Source: a virus. From it: DNA of 64,000 nt. The stretch covers positions 78,779 to 142,778 of IMG/VR virus record IMGVR_UViG_3300026445_000027, one strand, 5' to 3'. The notes below the pieces were generated by a model. The model saw only the letters and a program-made list of their open reading frames with translations. It searched no databases and was not told the origin of the DNA. Made by a program: the position numbers and the translations under genes. Shown piece after piece: positions 1-9,811 of the stretch; position 1 is the first letter of the stretch; each line of letters opens with the position of its first letter.

Positions 1-547
1 TGTGGATCTTTTTCAGAGCCACCTTAACAGCCGCTTTGACTTCCTGAGGTGTGCGCGCAGCACGGAGCTCATCTGCCAGGGCCTGGTCACCGTTTTCCGC
101 TGCGACGCTAGCCATGGCACTGGCTTGCTTCTTGGCGTCCTCGTCAGACTGGGTCCCGTTCTCGGCAGCAGTAGCGTCCTTGTTCTGCTCGTCGATCTCT
201 TTCTTGGTCTTATCCGCTTCCTCAGCGTTGTCACGACCAAAGAAGAAACCCCACACCGACTTGAACATGTCGCACAGCCATTTCCAGGCAGCAGCAAAGC
301 CGTTGCCAATGGCAGAGAACACACCACCTTCTTCGTTACCGGCCAGCTGGCTGTGACTGATCACACCGTTGGCGAACAGCACGCCAGCAAAGTAACGCTG
401 GTTAGCAGTAAGGCTGATGGACTCACCGCCAGCCACTGCATCCATTTGATCCACGGAGTCTTCCAGGGCATCCAACATTACGTTGACTTCTGGGAGGTCC
501 GGTACAGCTTGTACGTAGTCCGTACTGTACTCGTCGGTGTTATCCAT
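1..547 (-). CDS. Probable head (inner-body type) protein, 3' end beyond the window
   Basis: Not in the ORF track because it has no stop in the window. Manual translation from ATG 547 gives MDNTDEYSTDYVQAVPDLPEVNVMLDALEDSVDQMDAVAGGES...AGNEEGGVFSAIGNGFAAAWKWLCDMFKSVWGFFFG. An acidic propeptide, G-x-E sites and a following amphipathic W-rich helix are typical of phiKZ head proteins. Confidence 0.6.
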   Translation of the reverse strand, partial: MDNTDEYSTDYVQAVPDLPEVNVMLDALEDSVDQMDAVAGGESISLTANQRYFAGVLFANGVISHSQLAGNEEGGVFSAIGNGFAAAWKWLCDMFKSVWGFFFGRDNAEEADKTKKEIDEQNKDATAAENGTQSDEDAKKQASAMASVAAENGDQALADELRAARTPQEVKAAVKVALKKIH

Positions 548-555
548 GACGGTCC

Positions 556-1338
556 TTAGCGAGCCGCTACCAGTGTGTTGAAATACATGGTAACGTTTTG
601 TTTACCGACTTCACGGAGATCTGCGATCACGGTAGCGATATCAGTTTGCTGACGCAGCCGCGCGCGGTTGGTCCAGTTCACTGCGATCTTGGTGAGGAAG
701 GTCACGTAATCGGTGTAACGGTTGATGGACTGCTGGGAGTAGTGCCCCTGCAGGTTCTTGAGGAAGCGCAGCGCTTCGCCGGAACGGAACAGTTCCTTGT
801 TGTCCACAATCATGCGGATCAGGGCATCTGTAACGATCTTGAATTTCTCGAAGTCCAGGCTGGTGGACTCACCGACGGTTTCGATGAAGCTCACTTGTTC
901 CAGACGCTGTTCTTCGATACTGGCAAAGCCCACTTCACCTTTCAGGTGGCGCAGGTGCTTCTCGATGCGACGCAGCATGATGTTGGTAACAGCGCTGCCG
1001 CCATCTGCTACCATTTCAGGACCAGGCACGACGTTTGGTACTTCGTCCAGGCTAGCTTCGCCCTTTTCCACTTCCAGGCTTACGTCGGGACCTGGTGCTG
1101 GTTCGGTGGGTTCGGTTGGATCTGGAGTAACTGGTTGTTCGGTCACTGGGCCTACCTCGTCGATTACTGGGGGAGTCCAGTCCGGTTCTGGTTCTGGTTC
1201 GGGCTCAACTGCGTCGATCGGAGTGATCGGTTCGCCTTTGAGGATTACATCACCTTCTTTTGGAGCTGCGGTTGCTGCTGCCACAGCAGCGGCCACTGCG
1301 GTAGTAGTAGCGGTAGGAGTCTTATCTTCCTTTGCCAT
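556..1338 (-). CDS. Hypothetical, probably virion protein with an acidic Pro/Glu-rich N-terminus
   Basis: Start moved to ATG 1338 (GAGGT RBS upstream); PEPEPEP low-complexity N-terminal half with an S-L-E site; helical C-terminal domain. Confidence 0.6.
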   Translation of the reverse strand: MAKEDKTPTATTTAVAAAVAAATAAPKEGDVILKGEPITPIDAVEPEPEPEPDWTPPVIDEVGPVTEQPVTPDPTEPTEPAPGPDVSLEVEKGEASLDEVPNVVPGPEMVADGGSAVTNIMLRRIEKHLRHLKGEVGFASIEEQRLEQVSFIETVGESTSLDFEKFKIVTDALIRMIVDNKELFRSGEALRFLKNLQGHYSQQSINRYTDYVTFLTKIAVNWTNRARLRQQTDIATVIADLREVGKQNVTMYFNTLVAAR

Positions 1339-1388
1339 GTCACAAACCTCTATTTCGAAATAGAATAAGCTGTTGCTGATCAGCATAA

Positions 1389-1422
1389 AATACCCCCTAG
1401 CCCGTTAAGGCTAGGGGGTATT
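1389..1422. terminator. Intergenic hairpin, putative terminator
   Basis: AATACCCCCTAGCC-cgttaa-GGCTAGGGGGTATT inverted repeat. Confidence 0.7.
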
Positions 1423-1427
1423 AAACG

Positions 1428-1895
1428 CTAACGGGGTTTTACTAATCGTGGATCAAAGCCAGCTTTACGGAGATCTTCCTGTTGCTCTTTCGGTAACCCT
1501 TGTCGCTGTTCTTCTGCTTTACGACGGGCTTCTTCAGCCTTATCGCGTTTGTTGAGGCCTTTACTAACAGCCTCTAGAAACTCATCCACTACAGCAGACG
1601 GCATTTCCAGGTAGTCCTTAGGAGTCATTAACTCACCTAGCTTATGGTATCCGAAGTACTCACCTACCTGTTCCGTCGACCATGGGTGGAAGAAAGCGTT
1701 CTCAGCAGGGTTGTAGGCGATCGAGGAGTAAGGTGTACGTGTTTTAGGATCATAGCGCTCGAAGTTGATGTCTACCATCATTTTCTCATTGAGCAGCAAG
1801 GTCTCCGGTAGCATCTGTTTGACAGACTTGCCCAACAGGCTACGAGTGATACCTTCATGAACCGTATTAAACGTTACCTTACCCCCCGGTCCCAC
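1428..1895 (-). CDS. Probable tail assembly chaperone C-terminal (gpT-like) segment, likely reached by -1 frameshift
   Basis: Weak GTG start. The frame is open upstream to 2015 across a T7 run. Motif MTPKDYLEMPSAVVDEFL resembles gpT-type tails. Confidence 0.55.
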   Translation of the reverse strand: MGPGGKVTFNTVHEGITRSLLGKSVKQMLPETLLLNEKMMVDINFERYDPKTRTPYSSIAYNPAENAFFHPWSTEQVGEYFGYHKLGELMTPKDYLEMPSAVVDEFLEAVSKGLNKRDKAEEARRKAEEQRQGLPKEQQEDLRKAGFDPRLVKPR

Positions 1896-1900
1896 TTTAC

Positions 1901-3592
1901 CTATTCGGAGAGGGCTTCTGCCCGTACGTCGTGGTTTTCCGCGGCGCTCTGAATCATCAGCAACTGGATGTGGGTAAAAAAAGCCATGATCGGATCGATC
2001 GGGGTGTAGCCCAGCTTACGCAGCTTGATGTTGTCCGGATCTTCCAGATGACCTTGGTTGGTCTTGCACTTCGGACAGTCGAAGTTCTGCAGGCCGACGA
2101 AGGTCTTCGACAGGAACGGTACCTTGTTGATGATATCTCGGGTCAGCGCACGGTTGAGCCATGGGCTGTCCTTGATAACCTCCAATAGGCCGCCGTTGAA
2201 GTCGTTCATGTCTTTGGCATTCTGCCGATCCAGGATGTGGTCCTTGTCATCGGAGTCAGGTGCTGCCACAGCCACGAACTTCGAGATCCAGTGGATGTAT
2301 TCGGTGGCGCCCAGGTCAGTGTACAGCATATTGCGCTGGGTGTCGTACTCTTCCGGATCGATGATGCTGGTACGCAGTTCAGCCAGCTTAGGCGAGATCC
2401 GACCGGCGTAGTAGTCGAAGGTCATGAACGCATCGGCCAACGACGGCGAAGCCAGCTCCAGGTACAGCGACTGGTCTTCGTTGTACACCTTGTTGGTGTC
2501 CAAGCCGAAGTGTGCGGCATTGATCAGCGCCAGGGTTTCTTCGCTGGTGTAGGTGACCTTATGGTTGAAGAGGTTGGCGTAGATAGCAGCCTCTTCATCC
2601 GTGGTGTGGTAGTCACGGTGGTGTACCAGGAGTTCAGGGTCTACCAGCTGGAAGTCCTTCCAATCGCAACCAGGCTTGGAGCAGATCAGTTGCATGCCAA
2701 CACCTTTGCTGGTGTAAGCGCGCAGCAGAGCCATGGTCAGTGCATCGATATCCGACCAACGAATGATCGAGGCCAGCTGACGGTAGTCACCGATGTCGCT
2801 GATACTGGAATAGGTCAGACGCTCGGCAATGAAGTTCCAGATAACGCGAGCAGCAGCCACACGGGCCAGTACTACGCTATTGTTGTTCACTTGACGCACG
2901 TAGCCTTTGATCGACGCTTTGATGTCGTTGATCAGCTGACCCATGTCCATCTTGGACGGACGAGCCATTACCAGCTTGGTGAACGAGTTGCGCAGCTCGA
3001 TGTCGAACATCAAGCGGCCGTCTTCGGCCTTCAGGGAACGACGACGCATGATCTCAGAGTCTTTCAGACCCTTACCGCCGTTACCAGGCTTACGACCGGA
3101 GATATCTGGAGTTACCAGACCGCCACGGTCGGAGACGTTGGAGATTCCGAGTTCACGGATCGCATTGGACCGACTACGGACGTCGTCCAGGTATTCGGTG
3201 TAGAACGCCACCATGCGCTGTGCTTTGTCTTCGGCTTCTTCCAGAGTCAGGTCTGGATAGTTGTCTTCGACGAAGCGAGCCCAGTCTTGGTTCTGCTTTT
3301 CAGCAGCCAGGGCATAACGTTGTGGGTCTTCCTGCGCATAGCGCTCGACGGTAAGCTTCTGGATGTACGGAGACATCAGCTTAGCATCGTGGTCACGGCT
3401 TTCTTTACTGTTTCCAAGAAATACCGTGATGAAGCCCTGTGCCCGCTCGTCTTCAGTAAGCTGACGGATAAAGCTGTTCTTTGGCTCTACCCGGGTATTC
3501 ATGGTGGTGTTGCCAGCCTCGTGCACCTGGCTATAGCTAGCCTTCGGGCGCTCTGGTACTGGTTGTCCTTCGTTCAGTTCGTCATTAGACAT
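1901..3592 (-). CDS. Putative tail/baseplate assembly chaperone (gpG-like) with two Cys pairs
   Basis: 563 aa; CSKPGC and CPKC motifs; slippery T TTT TTT near the 3' end (MAFF). Confidence 0.55.
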   Translation of the reverse strand: MSNDELNEGQPVPERPKASYSQVHEAGNTTMNTRVEPKNSFIRQLTEDERAQGFITVFLGNSKESRDHDAKLMSPYIQKLTVERYAQEDPQRYALAAEKQNQDWARFVEDNYPDLTLEEAEDKAQRMVAFYTEYLDDVRSRSNAIRELGISNVSDRGGLVTPDISGRKPGNGGKGLKDSEIMRRRSLKAEDGRLMFDIELRNSFTKLVMARPSKMDMGQLINDIKASIKGYVRQVNNNSVVLARVAAARVIWNFIAERLTYSSISDIGDYRQLASIIRWSDIDALTMALLRAYTSKGVGMQLICSKPGCDWKDFQLVDPELLVHHRDYHTTDEEAAIYANLFNHKVTYTSEETLALINAAHFGLDTNKVYNEDQSLYLELASPSLADAFMTFDYYAGRISPKLAELRTSIIDPEEYDTQRNMLYTDLGATEYIHWISKFVAVAAPDSDDKDHILDRQNAKDMNDFNGGLLEVIKDSPWLNRALTRDIINKVPFLSKTFVGLQNFDCPKCKTNQGHLEDPDNIKLRKLGYTPIDPIMAFFTHIQLLMIQSAAENHDVRAEALSE

Positions 3593-3603
3593 AAAACAAA
3601 CCC

Positions 3604-4371
3604 TTAGTTGATATCTTTGATCACGCGAGGCTCGTCACCCATCGGGGTGAGTTCAGCCATGGAGATGTCACCAGCTTCGATGAACTCGGCGGGAAGGTCG
3701 TCTTCTTCATCGGCAGGCGACTCAGGTACTTCTACCTGGGCGATAGTACGATACAGGTGTTGAATACGGGCGATACGCTGGTCGTGCAACTCGAACGCGT
3801 AGTTCATGTCGGTAGTACCAGGTTCTTTGTGTTCTTTGGTGTACTCTTCGATCATTGCCTGGTTAGGCTTCAGCAGTTCTTCGAATACCGGACGGGCGTG
3901 GAAGTGCATGCACTCGGTCACGTTGTCGAACAGGTGGACGTAGATCTCGACGAAGTCGTCCATGGTCTGGCCTTCATCCATCAGGATGCGGATCGCAGTC
4001 ATGTCTTCGGCGATTTGCACGATCAGACGGTCGAAGTTGTCTACCAGTTCCTGAATAGCTGGCGTGAACTCGATCTTGCCCTCGTTCTTGAGGATCTCGG
4101 CAACTTCCACAGCGGAGTGGATAGGTGCGAACATTTCCACGATGCCCAGGATCTGTTTAGTGACCTCCAGGTTATCCGGCAGTTTCTTGCCTTGCTTCTT
4201 GTCGACCAGAAGATCCTTGTACTTTCCGACGGTAGCCATGATACCCTTGCTGGCCAGTTCGAACTGGAGCTTGGAATTGGAAACCCGACGGACTTCAGTC
4301 TTCTTGCCACCTTTACGCTTCTTAGCGCGTTGTTGACGTTTTGCTGCCATGGCTTGATTTTTAGTGCCCAT
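3604..4371 (-). CDS. Hypothetical protein with basic N-terminus
   Basis: 255 aa; AKRQQRAKKRK N-terminus, acidic tail; codon bias like neighbouring genes. Confidence 0.75.
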   Translation of the reverse strand: MGTKNQAMAAKRQQRAKKRKGGKKTEVRRVSNSKLQFELASKGIMATVGKYKDLLVDKKQGKKLPDNLEVTKQILGIVEMFAPIHSAVEVAEILKNEGKIEFTPAIQELVDNFDRLIVQIAEDMTAIRILMDEGQTMDDFVEIYVHLFDNVTECMHFHARPVFEELLKPNQAMIEEYTKEHKEPGTTDMNYAFELHDQRIARIQHLYRTIAQVEVPESPADEEDDLPAEFIEAGDISMAELTPMGDEPRVIKDIN

Positions 4372-4409
4372 GAATGCTATGTTCCCTTTGACCTGGTCGT
4401 GGAGTTTAT

Positions 4410-5366
4410 ATGTTAATCAATGCTGAAGAAGCCATTTTGCTAGCTGACGATGAAGACCTAGCGGCAAATGTCATCGGCGGCCCATGGTTGCTGTTTAAGC
4501 AAACCATCCCTGAGGCACAGGCTAAAATATTGGTCAATGCGTTTAATTTAATTCTGCTGACTGATGGCGCGACCAGTGAACCCGAAGAGATCGATGAAGA
4601 CTCGATCATGGGACGTACCGGATCACTCCTACCAGTCATGGTGCAGAACCTGTTAGTGGATGAGGCGGTGTCCACCCCTAACAAGAAAGCGCATATGTAC
4701 GAGTTCATGATTGACAATACAATGTCTTTATTACAAGGCATTGGTATCACCCTAGATGAGAAGTACACCACAGCAGAAATGCTGCCGTTCATCTGTAAGA
4801 TAGGGTACTTCTTCTATGAGATGCAGGGCTACCAAGACCTGATTGGTTTAGCTTCTTCGTTGGAGTCATATGACGTAGCCCCAGTAGATCGTTTCCTGCT
4901 GGTGATGCAACGTTATTTGGGTGAAGAAACCGACATGACCAACTACGAACTACTGGTGTCGGACGTCTCGGAAGTAACACTCAAAGCTATCAAAGACGGG
5001 TTGGAAGGTGACGACCCATCAGTAGGGCTCCCAGAGTCTCTGATCAAGCGTGTGAAGGCGAACATCCCTTCACTCGAAGGTACGATAGCCTACACGCACA
5101 TTCGCTCCAATGGGCAGCTTGGGGGCTCTGTAGAGAGCTTCTTGAACTTCTTCCAACAAGAGCTTCGTCCACTGGTAGATAACCTTACTGGTGACAACGT
5201 CTTGCCATACCTCAAAGAACTGATTGGTTTCTATCTGATCAGTGAGGTTAATGACCACGCCATCCGTAACCACCTGAACAAGGCAGTGTATGATCTGGTG
5301 GATGACATGGTTATTCTTAACAAGGCAGAAGCACTGATCAATAAGCTGGTACTCGCTAATGACTAA
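4410..5366 (+). CDS. Hypothetical (probably virion-associated) protein upstream of vRNAP subunit
   Basis: 318 aa; GGAG RBS; overlaps next gene by 8 nt. Confidence 0.7.
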   Translation: MLINAEEAILLADDEDLAANVIGGPWLLFKQTIPEAQAKILVNAFNLILLTDGATSEPEEIDEDSIMGRTGSLLPVMVQNLLVDEAVSTPNKKAHMYEFMIDNTMSLLQGIGITLDEKYTTAEMLPFICKIGYFFYEMQGYQDLIGLASSLESYDVAPVDRFLLVMQRYLGEETDMTNYELLVSDVSEVTLKAIKDGLEGDDPSVGLPESLIKRVKANIPSLEGTIAYTHIRSNGQLGGSVESFLNFFQQELRPLVDNLTGDNVLPYLKELIGFYLISEVNDHAIRNHLNKAVYDLVDDMVILNKAEALINKLVLAND

Positions 5367-6654
5367 ATTAGAATTCCTAAAGATCTGGTTAGCTAACCAG
5401 GGCTATGCTGAGAAGGCTGCTGTACAGTCAGTGATCTCGATTCAGTTCGAAGACGAGGACTCTGCTGGTGCTTTCCGTAAAGTCCCTTGGGCTGTCTGGG
5501 TTGAAGGCGGTGTGTATAAATGCCACATTGATGGTTCGGATGTAACCATTGATGGTAAGGTAGATCGTCCGTTGTTTGTTAACGACGATTACATCGATCT
5601 GCCTGGCGACTTCCATCCGGTACTACGTGGAGCTAAGACCGACACTACCTTCGGTCTGTTGCTGTTCAACATCATCCTGTTCTGGGAAGTGTTCGGTACC
5701 AAGGTGCCTTACGTTAACGAGGAGTTTACTCCTAAGCTTATCCAAGGGTTTTTGTCTGACCTGATGGTAGACAACCCCAAGGAAGGTGAGCAGGTGCCTG
5801 AGGGTAAAGCCTCGGTAGATGACTGCATGAAGTTTACCCGCCACTGTAACTTCCTGGAAGGTCTGGGTACCTACTTCGTGAGGCCTGGTGGGATTGAGAT
5901 GCTCACCATCAGTCCTGCTATCCTCAAGCGTAAAGACGAGCTGATGGCTAAGCTGAAAGCCGACGGCAAAATGAACGACCCAGTAGCTGTAACTAAGGCT
6001 ATTGATGAGCTCGTCAAAATGGACCGTGAGGAGATCATGAACGGTCCTGGGGCTACGTTTATCATTAACGATGGCTTCATCAGTAACGCCCGTAAACGTA
6101 TGTTCATCGCCTTTGGTATTGAACCTAAAGGTGACGGTTGGGTGTTCCTCAACATGTCCCTGGATGAGGGCATGGATCCAGATGAGATCGTGGCGTATAT
6201 CAACACAGCTATTGCTGGTTCGTATAGCCGTTCGAAATCTACTGGTGAAGGCGGTGCACAGGTTAAAGAGGTACTGAAACTCGTAGGTCGCCGTAAGGTA
6301 GATCTGGCTGACTGCGGCACTACTGTTGGTGAGCCAATCCAGATGCATGAACTTACTGCTCAGAAATGGGCTGGTAGCTTCTACATTGTTAATGGTAAGA
6401 CCGAACAGTTAACCAAAGAGGTGGCACTGGCTAGCTTCGGCAAACGTCTGGTTATTCGTACCCCTAATGGTTGCCGTAACCCTGAGGGTAACTACTGCGC
6501 TACTTGCTGTGGTACTGGCTTGGGTAAACTGGCCACTCGTCTGTCTGCTGAGGTCGTACGTATCCCTACCAACATGATGCTGGGGCGCATGAAAGCTGCT
6601 CACGTGGCTGGTGGTAAGACTACTCGGCTAAACCTGGCTACTGCGATCAAATAA
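5359..6654 (+). CDS. Virion RNA polymerase beta'-like subunit, middle fragment (phiKZ gp80-like)
   Basis: Bridge-helix-like SRSKSTGEGG...DCGT, Zn motif CRNPEGNYCATCCG, trigger-loop-like MKAAH. Confidence 0.85.
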   Translation: MTKLEFLKIWLANQGYAEKAAVQSVISIQFEDEDSAGAFRKVPWAVWVEGGVYKCHIDGSDVTIDGKVDRPLFVNDDYIDLPGDFHPVLRGAKTDTTFGLLLFNIILFWEVFGTKVPYVNEEFTPKLIQGFLSDLMVDNPKEGEQVPEGKASVDDCMKFTRHCNFLEGLGTYFVRPGGIEMLTISPAILKRKDELMAKLKADGKMNDPVAVTKAIDELVKMDREEIMNGPGATFIINDGFISNARKRMFIAFGIEPKGDGWVFLNMSLDEGMDPDEIVAYINTAIAGSYSRSKSTGEGGAQVKEVLKLVGRRKVDLADCGTTVGEPIQMHELTAQKWAGSFYIVNGKTEQLTKEVALASFGKRLVIRTPNGCRNPEGNYCATCCGTGLGKLATRLSAEVVRIPTNMMLGRMKAAHVAGGKTTRLNLATAIK

Positions 6655-6671
6655 CAAAAAATAAACCTTAC

Positions 6672-6703
6672 CTACTCCTAGTCCCTTGCGGGACTAGGAG
6701 TAG
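6672..6703. terminator. Hairpin between convergent genes
   Basis: CTACTCCTAGTCCC-ttgc-GGGACTAGGAGTAG (14-bp stem). Confidence 0.75.
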
Positions 6704-6711
6704 TGCAGGAA

Positions 6712-7314
6712 TTAACTACGCTGATTGAACAAAGCGTTCTGGAACGACAGCTTGCTCGGGTCAAACAATGCCTTGAGTTCTGCAACTCCAGGATCTTGGT
6801 CAAATATCAAATCAGCCAAACTGACTGGTCTGGTATCTGGGATGTCCTTAGGCATAACACAAAACGCGATACGGTCAGGCAAATGGAGTGCATTAAAACG
6901 GAACCCCTTTGCTATCTGTGGATCTTGGAATACTTCATCCAGCGAATGAATCTCACCAGGATCGTTAAACTCTTCAATGGAGATAATCGCGATACCTAGT
7001 TTGTCTGCGATCTGTTCGTGGGCGTCGGAGTTGAACCCGTACTCTTTCTCGTCGAGGAAGATCCCACATTCTTCATTGAGTTGCTTATTGATATCCAGCA
7101 GATAATCAATGGACAAATCATACTGACAGACGTCATCGGGTTGTTCGAGGTCACAATCATCCATGGTCTCGAACGTACCTATTTTGCCTACCCGCAAGAC
7201 TGACAGTATGGAATAGATCGCCTCCAACACCAGGAAGCCCATAAAGGACTCACTGGCATCGGAATAGAGCTCGTCCCTAGTCTCTGGATCCAGGCGTATT
7301 ATGAAGTTGTGCAT
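6712..7314 (-). CDS. Hypothetical acidic protein
   Basis: 200 aa; part of a tightly packed minus-strand run. Confidence 0.7.
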   Translation of the reverse strand: MHNFIIRLDPETRDELYSDASESFMGFLVLEAIYSILSVLRVGKIGTFETMDDCDLEQPDDVCQYDLSIDYLLDINKQLNEECGIFLDEKEYGFNSDAHEQIADKLGIAIISIEEFNDPGEIHSLDEVFQDPQIAKGFRFNALHLPDRIAFCVMPKDIPDTRPVSLADLIFDQDPGVAELKALFDPSKLSFQNALFNQRS

Positions 7315-7317
7315 TCA

Positions 7318-7722
7318 TCATGATCCTTCACTCAATGTGATGATCAGTTGCAGACCCATGTTGGTCAGACCATTGATCGTGAACGGTTTACCCTTGTACG
7401 GCACCAGGGTGTGCAAAGCTTCCTGGAACTTAGGGGTCTGTTCATACATGGCAAACGAGTTGTACAACTCTTGGGCTTCCAGCGAGTAGAAGTTGTTGAG
7501 CTGGTCAACAGTCTGCATGGTGATCGGTGGAGTGATATACTGCTCTACCAGGGTACGTGCGATGTTGTCAAACGGAATCCCGGTCATCATGGAGCGCACA
7601 CGGTGCTCCAAGAGTTTCTGGACGAGGAAATAGTTGCGGAGTTCCTCGATACCTGGAGTGGCAATGAACAGGGTACCGTATTCCGGAATAATGGAGCGGG
7701 CGATAGGGCTGGTGGTGGTCAT
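7318..7722 (-). CDS. Hypothetical protein
   Basis: 134 aa; ATGA overlap with the upstream gene. Confidence 0.7.
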   Translation of the reverse strand: MTTTSPIARSIIPEYGTLFIATPGIEELRNYFLVQKLLEHRVRSMMTGIPFDNIARTLVEQYITPPITMQTVDQLNNFYSLEAQELYNSFAMYEQTPKFQEALHTLVPYKGKPFTINGLTNMGLQLIITLSEGS

Positions 7723-8189
7723 GCTTGTAATCCTCGGATAGCCACGGCAATGTGGGTTGCGTGTATTTGAACAGTGACACTCTTTATGACAACTGCTTCA
7801 TATAGAGCGTCGATAGCCTCCCTGTTTAACGTCACTACTTCCTCAAAGAACGTCCCGATAGCCTCACAGAGTAAAGCTATCGTTCGATCAGGATCGTGTT
7901 GGTACCGTTCCAGATCTGCACGCCCGGCGCTGCCCATAATGAAGGGCATTTGTTCTAGCTCGTAGATGTAATCCTTGAGCTTGGTGTAATACCAGGTATC
8001 GTCATTGGCTTCATCCGGATCAGCGTAAGCTAATATGAACGACTCCAGACTGTCCGTGAGTGTTTGTAATACAAGGTCGCTATAACCGCTTAATCCTTCC
8101 GGCGTTGGCAGGATAAGGCTAAACGACCCTTCTGGATTTAGTAGACTAGGCATGATCAACCTATTCTTTTTCCATTGTTCGTCGCTCAT
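7719..8189 (-). CDS. Hypothetical protein
   Basis: 156 aa ORF in the operon. Confidence 0.7.
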   Translation of the reverse strand: MSDEQWKKNRLIMPSLLNPEGSFSLILPTPEGLSGYSDLVLQTLTDSLESFILAYADPDEANDDTWYYTKLKDYIYELEQMPFIMGSAGRADLERYQHDPDRTIALLCEAIGTFFEEVVTLNREAIDALYEAVVIKSVTVQIHATHIAVAIRGLQA

Positions 8190-8219
8190 GACAGAGCCTT
8201 AATAAGGTACAACGCGCTA

Positions 8220-9755
8220 CTATTGCAGCGCGAGACCCGATGTAATTGTTTTCCACGACTTCTGCTTGGGAGCAAAAGCCAGCTTACGTTTATGGTAGCA
8301 ATCGCCATGCTTAGCGATATCCACACATACGGGGAATATGAAACGTGGAGTGATCCGACCACCGAACTTACCTAACAGGTTACGCAGGCGGCCAATCATT
8401 TGTTTGTTACGTTGTATAGAGAACACAGTGTGGAAAGATATACAAGTAATAGCACCAGGGATATCTTTACCAGTACCGCAACTACCTGGAGTGGTTACCA
8501 GGTTCTCGTGCTCTAAATACTTCTTAGGTGTTTTCTTGTCCAGGGTACCCAAGAACGTATCAAAGTCTGCACCAGGATACTTTTCCCTGAACTTTTCCTT
8601 CATTACTAAGCACATCTCGATCAGAGTAAAGAAGAAGATACATTTAGTTCCCTCCTCCTTAGCGTCGAGGTAGTAGCGTTGATAAATGTCATCTGCCAAC
8701 TGGAAGTAGAAGTCTGTTGCCTCCTTACTTCGCAAGATGGACTTTTCCAATGCAATGTCGTTGTAAGTACCGCCCTGCATTGTCTGGATTTTGTACTTAC
8801 GTATATCCATTTGGTAGAGATACGCAAAGATGTCGATGTAGTTCTCAGGCTCTGCCTCTTTAAGCCTGGTCTCTTTAGGCGCCATCGCCTGATACATTTT
8901 GTTGAGGAACGGATCGTCCCCTTTCATAGTAGCAGACAGCATGAACGTCTTGGCCACGTTGCCGTAGAACATCGACAATGTAACTTCGTGGAACGACTCG
9001 TGTGCTTCGTCGATAATACGCAACCCAGGGTTGATATTAGCGATGATCTCGTCCAGGCAAGGTAAGTTACCATTCTTGCGACGGGAACGCATATACGTGC
9101 TTATACGAGTCGTAGGGAGGATAATGATCTTAGGATCGATCTTACCTTCCTTACAGAGCTCACCCAACCTAGGCAGGTCAGTGTACTCCCAAACCAATAC
9201 ATCTTTCGGCGAGATATTGAACATCTCTGCCAAGTCTTTCTGCCAGATGGGAATGTAACGTGGTTGGATAGTAATGATCGTCCGCTTCTGCATCAACATC
9301 ATGCAGTACAGAGCCATGTACGTCTTACCTAGACCCGTGGAGGCTTCGTTTACTTTGAGGGCCCCAGGACCCATTTTGTATTCGATCCACTCCTTCTGGT
9401 TTTCGCGTGGTGTGTTGTATTTCTCCTTAATACTAAATTCAGCATGCGCTCCTTCAATGACTGGTTCGTCTTTGACTTGGATACGAGCACGGTTGAAGCC
9501 CTGCGACGCAGCTAAGCGTAACAGGGGCTCCAATACCGACTTAGGCATGCGGTACTCAGAACGGTCATTGCTAGTGCGGGCAAACACATGTGTGGGCACC
9601 CAGCGTTTCTTGCGTGTACCAGGGATTGGTTCTTGACCGTACTTCGTTAACTCCATTTTGCAGTACTTACGCAGTACTAAGTTCTCGAAACCATCTCCGA
9701 AATCAAATATGCGTATGTAGTTATTAGCGACGCTTATCGTAGCAACGGAACGCAT
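8220..9755 (-). CDS. Superfamily 2 (DExH) helicase (phiKZ gp75-like)
   Basis: Walker A ASTGLGKT, DEAH, SAT, motif VI QMIGRLR; next to nvRNAP genes. Confidence 0.9.
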   Translation of the reverse strand: MRSVATISVANNYIRIFDFGDGFENLVLRKYCKMELTKYGQEPIPGTRKKRWVPTHVFARTSNDRSEYRMPKSVLEPLLRLAASQGFNRARIQVKDEPVIEGAHAEFSIKEKYNTPRENQKEWIEYKMGPGALKVNEASTGLGKTYMALYCMMLMQKRTIITIQPRYIPIWQKDLAEMFNISPKDVLVWEYTDLPRLGELCKEGKIDPKIIILPTTRISTYMRSRRKNGNLPCLDEIIANINPGLRIIDEAHESFHEVTLSMFYGNVAKTFMLSATMKGDDPFLNKMYQAMAPKETRLKEAEPENYIDIFAYLYQMDIRKYKIQTMQGGTYNDIALEKSILRSKEATDFYFQLADDIYQRYYLDAKEEGTKCIFFFTLIEMCLVMKEKFREKYPGADFDTFLGTLDKKTPKKYLEHENLVTTPGSCGTGKDIPGAITCISFHTVFSIQRNKQMIGRLRNLLGKFGGRITPRFIFPVCVDIAKHGDCYHKRKLAFAPKQKSWKTITSGLALQ

Positions 9756-9772
9756 CTAATACCTCTAATACG

Positions 9773-9798
9773 GTAGGGGAGGGGTGACCCTCCCTTAC
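9773..9798. terminator. Intergenic hairpin
   Basis: GTAGGGGAGGG-gtga-CCCTCCCTTAC. Confidence 0.55.
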
Positions 9799-9811
9799 GG
9801 GAGGTACCCTT

